Source: Phycisphaeraceae bacterium
GTDB taxonomy: Bacteria > Planctomycetota > Phycisphaerae > Phycisphaerales > Zrk34
Direction: 5' to 3'
Assembly: GCA_040905565.1 (NCBI GenBank)
Contig: JBBDRF010000059.1
Location: 12,871-76,870, forward strand
DNA: 64,000 bases
The notes below the pieces were generated by a model that made no database searches, was not told the origin of the DNA, and saw only the letters and a program-made list of their open reading frames with translations. This document shows positions 48,943-58,200 of this stretch, one piece after another (positions within the stretch are counted from its first letter, which is position 1; each line of letters begins with the position of its first letter). Both the position numbers and the translations under genes were made by a program.

Positions 48943-51900
48943 ATGCCGGAAGTTGAGACGCGGCTGACAGATTATTTGTCCACGGAGGTGGCGGCTCGGA
49001 TCCGACAGCGGGGCCGTGCTTACATGCTGGCGGGGGCGGTGGCGCGGTTTGAAGCCGACGATCAGGGGATTCGGGCGCTCGTCACCGGCACGCGCTCGTA
49101 TACGGTTAACGTGCGCTATGACCCGATCGAGAAGGCCGACGGTGATCGGGGCGTCATCGTTCGCGCCGGTTGCGATTGTCCGTACTTCGACCGTGAAGAT
49201 GTTTGCAAACACGTCTGGGCGACACTTCTGAGCGTGGAGAAGGCCGGCGGCAAGGGGATGCCCACCGTTCGGCCGGACGAAGACGCGTGGATTATCCTCA
49301 AGCCTGATCCGCAGTTGCCGCTGGTGGCGCCGGAGTCGACGGGGACGGAGGATGATCCGTCGATCTGGCGGATTCGGACACATTTTGCGGACACCCCGCA
49401 TCTCGGGCATGCCCCCCAGCGAGCGAAGCGACGCCAGCGGCCGCGTGACGACGGCACCCGGGCGCGGTCCGCAGCATGGGCGTCAGCGCTCAAAAGCGTC
49501 GCCGAAACGATGCTCGACCCGGCGTTCGCGCCGGTGGCCGATCGCTGGCCCGTCGATCGCCAGGTGCTTTATCGGCTTGAGCAGGGCGATGCTGAGCAGG
49601 GGGATCTGACAGTCGACGTGATGGTGCGCCAGCCGAAGCGCGACGGCGGGTGGCGCCGAGCGCAGAGCCGACGCATCACGCGCGAGCAGGCGCGGCAACT
49701 GCCCGAGGAAGCAGACCGCCAGATCTTCGCCCTGGTCTACGGCGTTCAGGAAGAGACGCATCGTGCGTGGTATGACGAGGAAGATGCCAACTCGCGGTTG
49801 TACCTTGAGCCGGCCGTTCAACAGGCGATTGTTCAGCGCATGTGTGAAACGGGGCGGTGCGTGCGGCCGTCCGAGGATGATGATGCTGAGACGGAGGTGC
49901 CAGTCAGTTGGCTTGGTGGGGAGTCGTGGTCATTGCACCTTGCCCTCGAGCACGGCCCGCGGTCGCAGTACGTGCTGCGGGGGGTGCTGCGGCGTGGCGA
50001 AGAGCGGATGCCAGTCAATGAGCCGACGCTGTTGACAGCGGGGGGGCTGATGCTCACCGACGAAGGGGTGAGTGTTTTCGAACATCACGGTGCGTACGCC
50101 TGGGTCGCACTGCTGCGTGAGGAAGGCGAATTGCCCGTCCCCGCCAAGCAGGCCGAGGCGATGCTGGAGCAACTGCTGGCGATGCCGAGCCTGCCGCCTC
50201 TGGAACTGCCCGAAGAGTTGGCCGTGGAGCGTGAGCAGGGCAAAGCGCAACCGTATCTGCGGATCTATCGCCCCGATCCCGAGGAGATGCCCGGCACGCC
50301 CTCGCGCGATCTGCACGCCGTTCTCTCCTTCCGATACGGCGAGACAACGGTCGGCTTCCTCGACCCTGTCGCAGCGGTCTACTCGGCTGAAAAACGCGAA
50401 CTGATCGACCGGGATCGTCAACAGGAAGCCGCTGCCTGGGGCACGCTGCGTGAGGTGGGCTTCCGCGATCCGCACGGCTGGATCAACGCAGCGGACATGG
50501 TCATCGGGCCTCGCAGGCTCAGGCAGGCGGTCACGGCACTCGTTCGTGACGGTTGGCTGGTCGAAGCCGAGGGTGAATTGCATCGGCCCACCGGGTCGAT
50601 CGCGATGGACATGCGTGGCAGCGGCATCGACTGGTTCGAACTCCACGGCGAAGCCACGTTCGATAACGAAACGGCCTCCTTGCCCGAACTGCTGAAGGCG
50701 CTCAAGCGCGGCGAGAACTTCGTGCAGCTCGGCGACGGCAGCTTCGGCTTGCTGCCCGAAGATTGGCTTGAACGTTACGCGCCGCTTGCCAGGCTCAGCG
50801 GCAAGCACGAAGGCGAAGACGGTCGGGTGCGGTTGCAGGCGACGCAGATCGGGCTCGTCGAGGCGCTGCTGACGATGATGCCCGAGGTCGCTTTCGATGA
50901 GCAGGTGGCCCGTGCCCGTGAGAAGCTGGAAGCCTTCGAACGCATTGAGCCCCGTGAGGAGCCTCGCGAGTTCAACGGGGAGCTTCGGCCCTACCAGCGC
51001 GACGGCCTGGCATGGCTGCACTTCCTGCGTGAGCTCGGATTCGGAGGCTGCCTCGCTGACGACATGGGCCTGGGTAAGACGGTGCAGGTGCTGGCGCTGC
51101 TTGAGGCGCGCCGACAGGAACGCCGCCGTGATGAGCAGGCCACGCCGCCGTCGCTGGTGGTCGCGCCGCGGTCGCTGATCCACAACTGGCAGGACGAGGC
51201 CAAGCGGTTCACACCCGACCTTCGCGTGCTCAACCACACCGGCCGCGAACGCTTTCTAATCAATGGCGAGGCCGAGAACACGGCTGATCCGGTGGCGCAC
51301 TTCGCGGATTACGATCTGATCCTGACGACCTACGGCACGCTGCGGCGCGACATCGCCACGATGAAGGACCACCGTTTCGATTACGTGGTGCTCGATGAAT
51401 CGCAGATGATCAAGAACGCCGCCACCGCCTCGGCCAAGGCCACGCGGCTGCTCCAGGCAAGCCATCGGCTGGCACTTTCGGGCACGCCGATCGAGAACCA
51501 CGTGGGCGAGTTGTTCAACCTGTTCGACTTCCTCAACCCCGGCATGCTCGGCGAAGCGGCATCATGGTTCGGCAGGACCGGGGGCAGCCGGGCCGACGCG
51601 ATCAACGTGAGTCAGGCGAATCTGCTGGCCCGGGCGGTGGGGCCGTTCGTGCTGAGGCGGACCAAGCAGCAGGTGGCGACGGATCTGCCCGAGAAGGTTG
51701 AGCAGACCCTGCCGTGCGATCTGCCGCCGAAGCAACGCAAGCTCTACGACGAACTGCGCGAGTACTACGGGGCGCAGGTGATGGGGCAGGTCCAGCGCAG
51801 CGGCATGAACCGCTCGAAGATGCAGGTCCTCCAGGCGCTGCTACGGCTGCGGCAGGCAGCGTGCCATCCGGGCCTGATCGACAAGACCCGATCGGGCGAT

Positions 51901-52410
51901 CCCTCAGCCAAGCTTGACATGCTCCTGCCGCAGCTTGAGGAGGTGCTTGAGGAAGGCCATAAAGCTTTGGTCTTCTCGCAATTCACCAGCTTTTTGAAGA
52001 TCGTGCGCGATCGGCTGGACGCCAAGGGCATCGAGTACGCCTACCTCGACGGCCGCACCCGCAAACGCGGCGAGCAGGTCGAACGTTTCCAGACCGATCC
52101 CGACTGCAAGCTGTTCCTGATCTCCCTCAAGGCAGGCGGCACGGGGCTGAACCTCACGGCGGCGGATTACGTTTTCCTGCTCGATCCGTGGTGGAACCCA
52201 GCCGTCGAAGCGCAGGCCATTGACCGTGCTCACCGCATCGGACAGGTTAAGCGGGTGTTTGCGTATCGGCTGATCGCTTCGGACACGGTCGAAGAGAAGG
52301 TGCTGGAGCTTCAGCAATCGAAGCGCGACATCGCCGACGCCATCATCCGCGCCGACGGCAACCTCATCCGCAACCTCAGCGTCGACGACCTGAAGCACCT
52401 GCTCTCGTGA
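48943..52410 (+). CDS. SWIM zinc-finger SNF2-family helicase/ATPase
   Basis: CDCP....CKH SWIM; LRPYQ, LADDMGLGKT, DESQ, LSGTPIEN, FSQF, DPWWNP, DRAHRIGQ. Confidence 0.93.
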   Translation: MPEVETRLTDYLSTEVAARIRQRGRAYMLAGAVARFEADDQGIRALVTGTRSYTVNVRYDPIEKADGDRGVIVRAGCDCPYFDREDVCKHVWATLLSVEKAGGKGMPTVRPDEDAWIILKPDPQLPLVAPESTGTEDDPSIWRIRTHFADTPHLGHAPQRAKRRQRPRDDGTRARSAAWASALKSVAETMLDPAFAPVADRWPVDRQVLYRLEQGDAEQGDLTVDVMVRQPKRDGGWRRAQSRRITREQARQLPEEADRQIFALVYGVQEETHRAWYDEEDANSRLYLEPAVQQAIVQRMCETGRCVRPSEDDDAETEVPVSWLGGESWSLHLALEHGPRSQYVLRGVLRRGEERMPVNEPTLLTAGGLMLTDEGVSVFEHHGAYAWVALLREEGELPVPAKQAEAMLEQLLAMPSLPPLELPEELAVEREQGKAQPYLRIYRPDPEEMPGTPSRDLHAVLSFRYGETTVGFLDPVAAVYSAEKRELIDRDRQQEAAAWGTLREVGFRDPHGWINAADMVIGPRRLRQAVTALVRDGWLVEAEGELHRPTGSIAMDMRGSGIDWFELHGEATFDNETASLPELLKALKRGENFVQLGDGSFGLLPEDWLERYAPLARLSGKHEGEDGRVRLQATQIGLVEALLTMMPEVAFDEQVARAREKLEAFERIEPREEPREFNGELRPYQRDGLAWLHFLRELGFGGCLADDMGLGKTVQVLALLEARRQERRRDEQATPPSLVVAPRSLIHNWQDEAKRFTPDLRVLNHTGRERFLINGEAENTADPVAHFADYDLILTTYGTLRRDIATMKDHRFDYVVLDESQMIKNAATASAKATRLLQASHRLALSGTPIENHVGELFNLFDFLNPGMLGEAASWFGRTGGSRADAINVSQANLLARAVGPFVLRRTKQQVATDLPEKVEQTLPCDLPPKQRKLYDELREYYGAQVMGQVQRSGMNRSKMQVLQALLRLRQAACHPGLIDKTRSGDPSAKLDMLLPQLEEVLEEGHKALVFSQFTSFLKIVRDRLDAKGIEYAYLDGRTRKRGEQVERFQTDPDCKLFLISLKAGGTGLNLTAADYVFLLDPWWNPAVEAQAIDRAHRIGQVKRVFAYRLIASDTVEEKVLELQQSKRDIADAIIRADGNLIRNLSVDDLKHLLS

Positions 52411-52567
52411 TCCCGCCCGCACCACACCCGACGCCCCGCGCATCCCCAAAAAAGTCGGAAAGTTCTTTCCATCCGCTAGGGTCCACCGCCGCTGAGCGAG
52501 AAAGTGCGCTCCTCCCCCTTATGCGTTATTCGCCGTTACCTATGCATTCGTTTGAACGGTGTCCCGG

Positions 52568-53308
52568 TTACAGCCGGTGGCGCTGAGCATTCTCCCACCC
52601 TTTTTCCAATTGCGCCTCAACCGTATCAAAGTCTGTATGGGAAACGTTCGTAATTGTGCGAAACAGATGTACAATCGCAGCCGCGAAAGGAACGACAACA
52701 CAAACTTCGCAGACTGAAAGGGTGCTTCGCGATTCGAAGGCCGCAAAAGCACCAATTCCAGCCATCGGCTGATCGCGTAGGGGCGACGACTCGACATCGT
52801 CAGTTGCCCTGAGCAAATGTTGAAATAGAGATGCGTTACATCGAACGCTTAGGTCGCCCATGTCCGTCGCTTTTCTGGATAGCACCCCATATTGCTCGAG
52901 CCGCGCCTGAAGAAGACGCGTAACCTGCTTGTTGTCAAGGAGGTTCGTCACCCTGTGGCACAGGCTAACTATTTGCTGCGCCACATGATCGTCTACGTTC
53001 ACGCGCGTCATGGTAAAATCTAAGACAAAAAGAAGATAAGAGCCGCATTCCAGCTTCCACGTCCTTTTTCGCTTTACGCCAGATCGCTCCGCTGATGCAG
53101 TAACTTGATCATAGTATTCCTGAAGAACATCATCATAAAACGCAGCTACCGCACGTACCCCGTCTGAGAATAGGACCACCGTTTCCCCGCAACGTGGGCA
53201 GGAAGCATCTCGGCCAAGAAGTCGCGTCGGAAAGCGAAATTTGGCCGAGCAGTGCGAGCAAGTGGAACGTAGATGTTCGGATGAAGCCATACGGTGCCCC
53301 TTTGCCAC
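52568..53308 (-). CDS. Hypothetical protein with N-terminal zinc ribbon, lower GC
   Basis: CSHC...CPRC near the N-terminus; AT-richer than flanking genes. Confidence 0.55.
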   Translation of the reverse strand: MAKGHRMASSEHLRSTCSHCSAKFRFPTRLLGRDASCPRCGETVVLFSDGVRAVAAFYDDVLQEYYDQVTASAERSGVKRKRTWKLECGSYLLFVLDFTMTRVNVDDHVAQQIVSLCHRVTNLLDNKQVTRLLQARLEQYGVLSRKATDMGDLSVRCNASLFQHLLRATDDVESSPLRDQPMAGIGAFAAFESRSTLSVCEVCVVVPFAAAIVHLFRTITNVSHTDFDTVEAQLEKGWENAQRHRL

Positions 53309-53727
53309 ACGCGTCCCTACGACAGAACGGCGACGGCTAACGTAACAAGCTCGGTCCTATAAGGCAATTGCCTCGCCCGCCTTGCCCTAGTCGATCAATG
53401 CGGTACGCCGCTACGCTTCCTTCCTCCCCCGCCGCCACGCCATCGCCACCGTGCACCCGTCGTAAAAAAAATTCGGCCGGCGCGGATCACCGGTGTGGCG
53501 GACCGACCGCGGGTACGCTAGCATGTCTTCACGATGATTCGAGCGAGCCAGACAATCTGTTGTCTCTGTACGACCGGGGCGGGGGCGTTTTGCGCCGCTC
53601 GGGTCGGAACTTCCTTCTGATTGGTCGACCCTGACCGATCCCCGACGCCGAACCACGAAACACCCTGACAAGCCCCGAAGCCGAACGCCTCGATTGCTGG
53701 CTGATCATTCAGCGGCAGCCGAGTCAG

Positions 53728-53755
53728 TTGGCGCAGGTGTTCAGAACACTATAAT
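53728..53755 (+). promoter_or_regulatory. Candidate sigma70 promoter with palindrome in the spacer
   Basis: TTGGCG-16 nt-TATAAT; perfect GTGTTC-A-GAACAC (53737-53749) between the boxes; ~105 nt upstream of the reductase ATG. Confidence 0.5.
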
Positions 53756-53859
53756 CGACCGGCATTTGCCTTCCCAGGCGACTTGCCGCTCCCTTTCGCG
53801 GTATCTTCCGCCTTTCTCGCCCCCGCGGCGACCAACCGATGTAAGCAGGAGCAGCCACG

Positions 53860-56115
53860 ATGGCCGCGAAGAACTGGAAAGACGTTCTGACGGGCGACAT
53901 GCCCGAAAAGATGGCTCACGAAATCGACATCTTCGAAGCTCAGATCGAGCTTCGCAAGAAGGGCAAGCTCGACGAAAAGGTTTTCGCGGAAACCCGCCTT
54001 CGCCGCGGCGCCTACGGCCAGCGCTACGACAACGGCCATCGGCACGACGGTCAGAAAGAGCAGACCCTCGAGTTCCCCTCCGCCGACCTCACCAAGGGCC
54101 CGGAAACGATGTGGGACGCGCCGGGCATGCAGCGGATTAAAATCCCCTACGGCGGCATGACCCCCGAGCAGATGGATACCCTCGCCGACCTCGCTGAGGA
54201 GTATTCCGATAGCATCTGCCACGTCACCACCCGGCAGGATTTTCAGCTCCACTTCATTCACATCGACGACACGCCGGACCTGATGCGCCGCCTCGCTGGC
54301 GTGGGCATCACCTCCCGCGAAGCCTGCGGCAACAGCGTCCGTAACGTCACCGGCTGCCCCCTCGCAGGCGTCTGCCATGACGAGCCGTTCGACTTCACGC
54401 CGTACGCCAAGGCGCTGACGTGGTTCCTGATGGGGCATCCTGATTGCCAGGACTTCGGCCGCAAGTTCAAGCCCGCCTTCTCCGGCTGCGAACAGCATGC
54501 CTGCGGCCTCGCGCAGATGCACGACATTGGCTACATCGCCAAGGAGCAGGACGGCAAGCGCGGCTTCAAGGTCGTCGTCGGCGGCGGCCTCGGCGCGGTG
54601 CCCGTTCAGGCGAAGGTGCTCGCCGAGTTCGCCAGCGAGGAAGAGATTCTGCCGTTGACGCAGGCCGTGGCACGTGTCTTCGCTCGCCTCGGTGAGAAGA
54701 AGAACCGCAACAAGGCCCGCATCAAGTTCCTCGTCAAGCAACTGGGCATCGACGAATTCCGCAAGCTTGTCGAAGAAGAACGCGCCAAGCTTCCGCACGA
54801 CGATCGCTGGGCCGGGTACCTCAAGGATGTCCCCAAGTATCACCCCAAGCCGCTCAAGGATGCCGTTCGGCTGACCATCAGCCCGAGCGAATCGCCCGAA
54901 GGTTTCGAGGCATGGCAGGAGACGAACGTCTATCCGCAGCGGCAGACCGGTTACGCAGCCGCGACCGTTGCGTGCCCGCTGGGCGATCTCACCAGCGATC
55001 AGATGCGCAAGCTTTCGGACATCGCCCGCAAGTACGTCGGTGAGAATATCCGCACGACCGTTGAGCAGAACATCGTGCTCCGCTTCATCAGCGAAGCCGA
55101 CCTGCCCGCCGTCTACAGCGAGCTCAAAGCGATCGGCCTCGGCGATCCGGGAGCGGGCACCATCGTTGACCTCACCGCCTGCCCCGGCACCGATACCTGC
55201 AAGCTGGGCATCGCCGCTTCGCGTGGCCTCGCCGGTGAGCTGCTTCAGCGTCTCACCGCCAAGAGTGCGTCGCTTCCCGAAGCGATCAAGAACCTCAAGA
55301 TCAAGGTCTCCGGCTGCTTCAACAGCTGCGGCCAGCACCACGTCGCGGACATCGGCTTCTACGGCAACTCCCGAAAAGCGGGCAACTATACCGTGCCTCA
55401 CTTTCAGGTCGTCCTCGGCGGCCAGTGGGATGAGAACGGCGGAAGCTACGGCCTCGCGATGGGGGCTGTCCCCAGCAAAGCCGTGCCCGATGTGATTGAC
55501 GCCCTGACCGATCGCTTCGTTGCCGACCGCGAAACCGGCGAACGCTTTAAGGACTTCATCGCCCGGCTGGGCAAGAAGGAAGTCCGCGAGATTCTTAAAC
55601 CGCTGATGCGTATTCCCGACTACACCGAAGCCCCCGAGTACTACACCGACTGGGGCGATCCGCGTGAGTTCACCATCGGTGACATGGGCGTCGGCGAGTG
55701 TGCCGGCGAGATCGTGTCGCTGTTCTCGATCGAAATCACCACGGCGGAGAGCGAAGCTTTCGACGCCCAGATCGCGCTCGACGAGGGCGATTACAAGCGG
55801 GCCGATGAGCTGGCCTACAGCGCCATGCTCGCTGCCGCTCGGACGCTGGTGCGGACGCAGCATCAGGACGTCGCCGACGATCCGGAAACCACCGTCCGTG
55901 AGTTCCGTGAGCGGTTCTACGAAACCGAGCTGTTCTTCGACAAGTACGCCAAGGGCAAGTTTGCGGAGTACCTGTTCGATCGTCACGAGAACCCGCCGGC
56001 GAAGCTCGATGAGGACACCGTTCACCATCTCATTGAGCAGACGCAACTGTTCATTGAAGCGGTGCACGCCTGCGAAACCCGTCAGGCCAAGGCAGCTGCC
56101 CAGCCGACGCTCTGA
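53860..56115 (+). CDS. Siroheme nitrite/sulfite reductase (sulfite reductase by context) with C-terminal helical extension
   Basis: HVTTRQDFQ, REACGNSVRNV, RKFK, ACPGTDTC and SGCFNSCGQH siroheme/4Fe-4S ligands; AGGAG SD. Confidence 0.9.
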   Translation: MAAKNWKDVLTGDMPEKMAHEIDIFEAQIELRKKGKLDEKVFAETRLRRGAYGQRYDNGHRHDGQKEQTLEFPSADLTKGPETMWDAPGMQRIKIPYGGMTPEQMDTLADLAEEYSDSICHVTTRQDFQLHFIHIDDTPDLMRRLAGVGITSREACGNSVRNVTGCPLAGVCHDEPFDFTPYAKALTWFLMGHPDCQDFGRKFKPAFSGCEQHACGLAQMHDIGYIAKEQDGKRGFKVVVGGGLGAVPVQAKVLAEFASEEEILPLTQAVARVFARLGEKKNRNKARIKFLVKQLGIDEFRKLVEEERAKLPHDDRWAGYLKDVPKYHPKPLKDAVRLTISPSESPEGFEAWQETNVYPQRQTGYAAATVACPLGDLTSDQMRKLSDIARKYVGENIRTTVEQNIVLRFISEADLPAVYSELKAIGLGDPGAGTIVDLTACPGTDTCKLGIAASRGLAGELLQRLTAKSASLPEAIKNLKIKVSGCFNSCGQHHVADIGFYGNSRKAGNYTVPHFQVVLGGQWDENGGSYGLAMGAVPSKAVPDVIDALTDRFVADRETGERFKDFIARLGKKEVREILKPLMRIPDYTEAPEYYTDWGDPREFTIGDMGVGECAGEIVSLFSIEITTAESEAFDAQIALDEGDYKRADELAYSAMLAAARTLVRTQHQDVADDPETTVREFRERFYETELFFDKYAKGKFAEYLFDRHENPPAKLDEDTVHHLIEQTQLFIEAVHACETRQAKAAAQPTL

Positions 56116-56155
56116 TCTCACGGACTACATAAGCAACGCATAGGAACGTAAGAAA

Positions 56156-56758
56156 ATGGAACCCAATCGCATCGCGGTGAAATACTTTGTGGACGGTTCG
56201 TCCGTTGACGCCTCGGCCATTGTGCCGGTCTTTCACCGCTGGATTCAGGAAGGGCGGACCGCTGACGCGCTGCTCGACGTCGCCGATTACAAGCACGTTC
56301 ACGAGGGCCCGCACACGCTGCTGGTCGCTCATGAAGCGGACTACGTGATCGATCTTGCCGAGGGCCGCCCGGGCCTGCTCTACGTCCGCAAGCGGTGGGG
56401 CCTGAGTGGGTCTTTGCGCGACCGCGTCGCGGCCACGCTGCGTCATGCACTGGCTGCGGCGAAGATTCTGGCGGACGATCCGCAGCCGCACAGCCCGATC
56501 GCTTTCCGCACCGACGAAGTGCAGATCAGCTTCTACGATCGGCTGGCGGCCCCTAACACCGCGGCCAGTTTCAAAGCGATCAAGCCCGAGCTTGAAGCGC
56601 TGCTTGCTGAGCTTTACGAAGGGGCGGACCTCACGCTTGAGCATGTGAGCGATGAGGATTCGCGCAATCCGTTGACGATCAAAGTCCTCGCATCGCAGGC
56701 TCCTTCGCTCGACACGCTGGTGGAGCGGACCGAGGCTGCGTCGACCACCGCGGGGTGA
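56156..56758 (+). CDS. Hypothetical protein within the sulfur operon
   Basis: Well-formed ORF with host-like codon usage between the reductase and cysteine synthase genes. Confidence 0.7.
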   Translation: MEPNRIAVKYFVDGSSVDASAIVPVFHRWIQEGRTADALLDVADYKHVHEGPHTLLVAHEADYVIDLAEGRPGLLYVRKRWGLSGSLRDRVAATLRHALAAAKILADDPQPHSPIAFRTDEVQISFYDRLAAPNTAASFKAIKPELEALLAELYEGADLTLEHVSDEDSRNPLTIKVLASQAPSLDTLVERTEAASTTAG

Positions 56759-56762
56759 GAAA

Positions 56763-57716
56763 GTGACCATGACCATCACCAATGTGCAGAGTGCCGTGGA
56801 ACAAGTCGGCCCCGTCGACCAGCGTCATCGGCTGATCGACATGGTCGGCAACACGCCGTTGATCGAACTCAAATGCCTCAGCGATGAAGTGGCCCCCGTC
56901 CGCATCATGGCCAAGGCGGAGTGGTACAACCCGGGCGGGTCGGTCAAGGATCGTGCCGCGCTGAACATGCTGCTCACCGGCGAACGCGAAGGCCGGCTGA
57001 CCAAGGACAAGATCATCCTCGACGCCACCAGCGGCAACACCGGCATCGCCTATGCCATGTTCGGTGCCGCGATGGGCTACCGCGTGCAGCTGGCGATCCC
57101 CAAGTCAGCCGGGGCCTTGCATAAACGTATTCTGCAAGCCTACGGCGCGGAGCTGATCCTCACTCCCGCGACCGAAGGCTCCGACGGCGCCATCGTCGAA
57201 GCGATCAGGCTCTACAAAGAAGATCCCGACCGCTACTTTTATCCGGACCAGTACAACAACGACGCCAACTGGCAGGCCCACTACAACGGCACCGGGCTGG
57301 AGATCATCGCGCAGACGCAAGGCGAGATCACGCACTTCATCGCGGGCCTGGGCACCAGCGGCACCTTCACCGGTTGCGGCCGACGGCTCAAAGAGTTCAA
57401 CAGCGACATCCACCTGATCAGCTGTCAGCCCGACTCACCGATGCACGGCCTCGAAGGCTGGAAGCACATGCCCACCTCCATCAAGCCCGGTTTCTACAAC
57501 GAAACCATGGCGGAAGAAAACATCGGCGTCCCCACCGAAGAAGCCCAGGACATGGTCAAACGCCTCGCCCGCGAGGAGGGGCTGCTCGTCGGCCTCAGTG
57601 CCGGGGCCTCCGTCTGGGCGTCGCTTCAGGTGGCCAAGCGGATCAAGCAAGGGCTCGTCGTCACCGTTATGGCCGACAACGCCAGCAAGTACCTCGACCA
57701 CAACTTCTGGGAATAG
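56763..57716 (+). CDS. cysM: PLP-dependent cysteine synthase (CysM-like)
   Basis: VGNTPL, NPGGSVKDR (PLP lysine), ATSGNTG, GLGTSGT. Confidence 0.85.
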   Translation: MTMTITNVQSAVEQVGPVDQRHRLIDMVGNTPLIELKCLSDEVAPVRIMAKAEWYNPGGSVKDRAALNMLLTGEREGRLTKDKIILDATSGNTGIAYAMFGAAMGYRVQLAIPKSAGALHKRILQAYGAELILTPATEGSDGAIVEAIRLYKEDPDRYFYPDQYNNDANWQAHYNGTGLEIIAQTQGEITHFIAGLGTSGTFTGCGRRLKEFNSDIHLISCQPDSPMHGLEGWKHMPTSIKPGFYNETMAEENIGVPTEEAQDMVKRLAREEGLLVGLSAGASVWASLQVAKRIKQGLVVTVMADNASKYLDHNFWE

Positions 57717-57720
57717 CGAC

Positions 57721-57741
57721 AGCCGCGAGGCGACGCCTCGC
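57721..57741 (+). repeat. Single REP-like palindrome, same family as 13205
   Basis: AGCCGCGAGGCGACGCCTCGC, 19/21 identical to 13205-13225. Confidence 0.6.
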
Positions 57742-57753
57742 AGGTGAAAGCCA

Positions 57754-58200
57754 ATGCAAACGCTCACGATCACAACCGAACAAGACACCGCCATCCGCGA
57801 GCACGGCCAGCGCATCTATCCCCATGAATGTTGCGGCTTCATGCTCGGCAAAGAAGTCGAAGGCACCCGTCGTGTTCAGCAGCTGCAACCCGCGCTCAAC
57901 GATCGGGGCGAGGAAGAGCGTCACAACCGCTTCACCATTTCGCCCCATGCGTTCCTCGCTGCTGAAAAAGCCGCCCGCAAAGCCGGCCTCGACGTGATCG
58001 GCTTCTATCATTCACATCCGGATGCACCGGCCCGGCCGTCCGCGTATGATCTTGAACATGCCTGGCCGTGGTACAGTTACGTGATCGTCGCGATCCGTCA
58101 GGGAACCGCTGAGTTGATGACCAGCTGGGTCCTCGAAGACGACCGATCAAAATTCAACGAGCAGACCATAGAAGTCGGCCTCGCACAGGAGACACCCTGA
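57754..58200 (+). CDS. JAB/MPN+ (M67) metalloprotease, Mec-like
   Basis: YPHECCG...FYHSHPD...PSAYD JAMM motif. Confidence 0.92.
   Translation: MQTLTITTEQDTAIREHGQRIYPHECCGFMLGKEVEGTRRVQQLQPALNDRGEEERHNRFTISPHAFLAAEKAARKAGLDVIGFYHSHPDAPARPSAYDLEHAWPWYSYVIVAIRQGTAELMTSWVLEDDRSKFNEQTIEVGLAQETP

Noticed and set aside
48943..52410. SNF2 helicase as part of a defence island
   Set aside because: SWIM-SNF2 is a common stand-alone type with host-like codon usage and no neighbouring methylase or nuclease genes.
53310..53859. Long leader before the sulfite reductase as a SAM riboswitch or small ORF
   Set aside because: No conserved riboswitch core recognisable by eye and the short ORFs lack coding features; an Rfam scan would settle it.
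53749..56121. 790-aa minus-strand ORF (and similar ORFs opposite nuoG, the halogenase-like gene and the E1 fusion)
   Set aside because: Antisense shadows of recognisable genes with no independent evidence.
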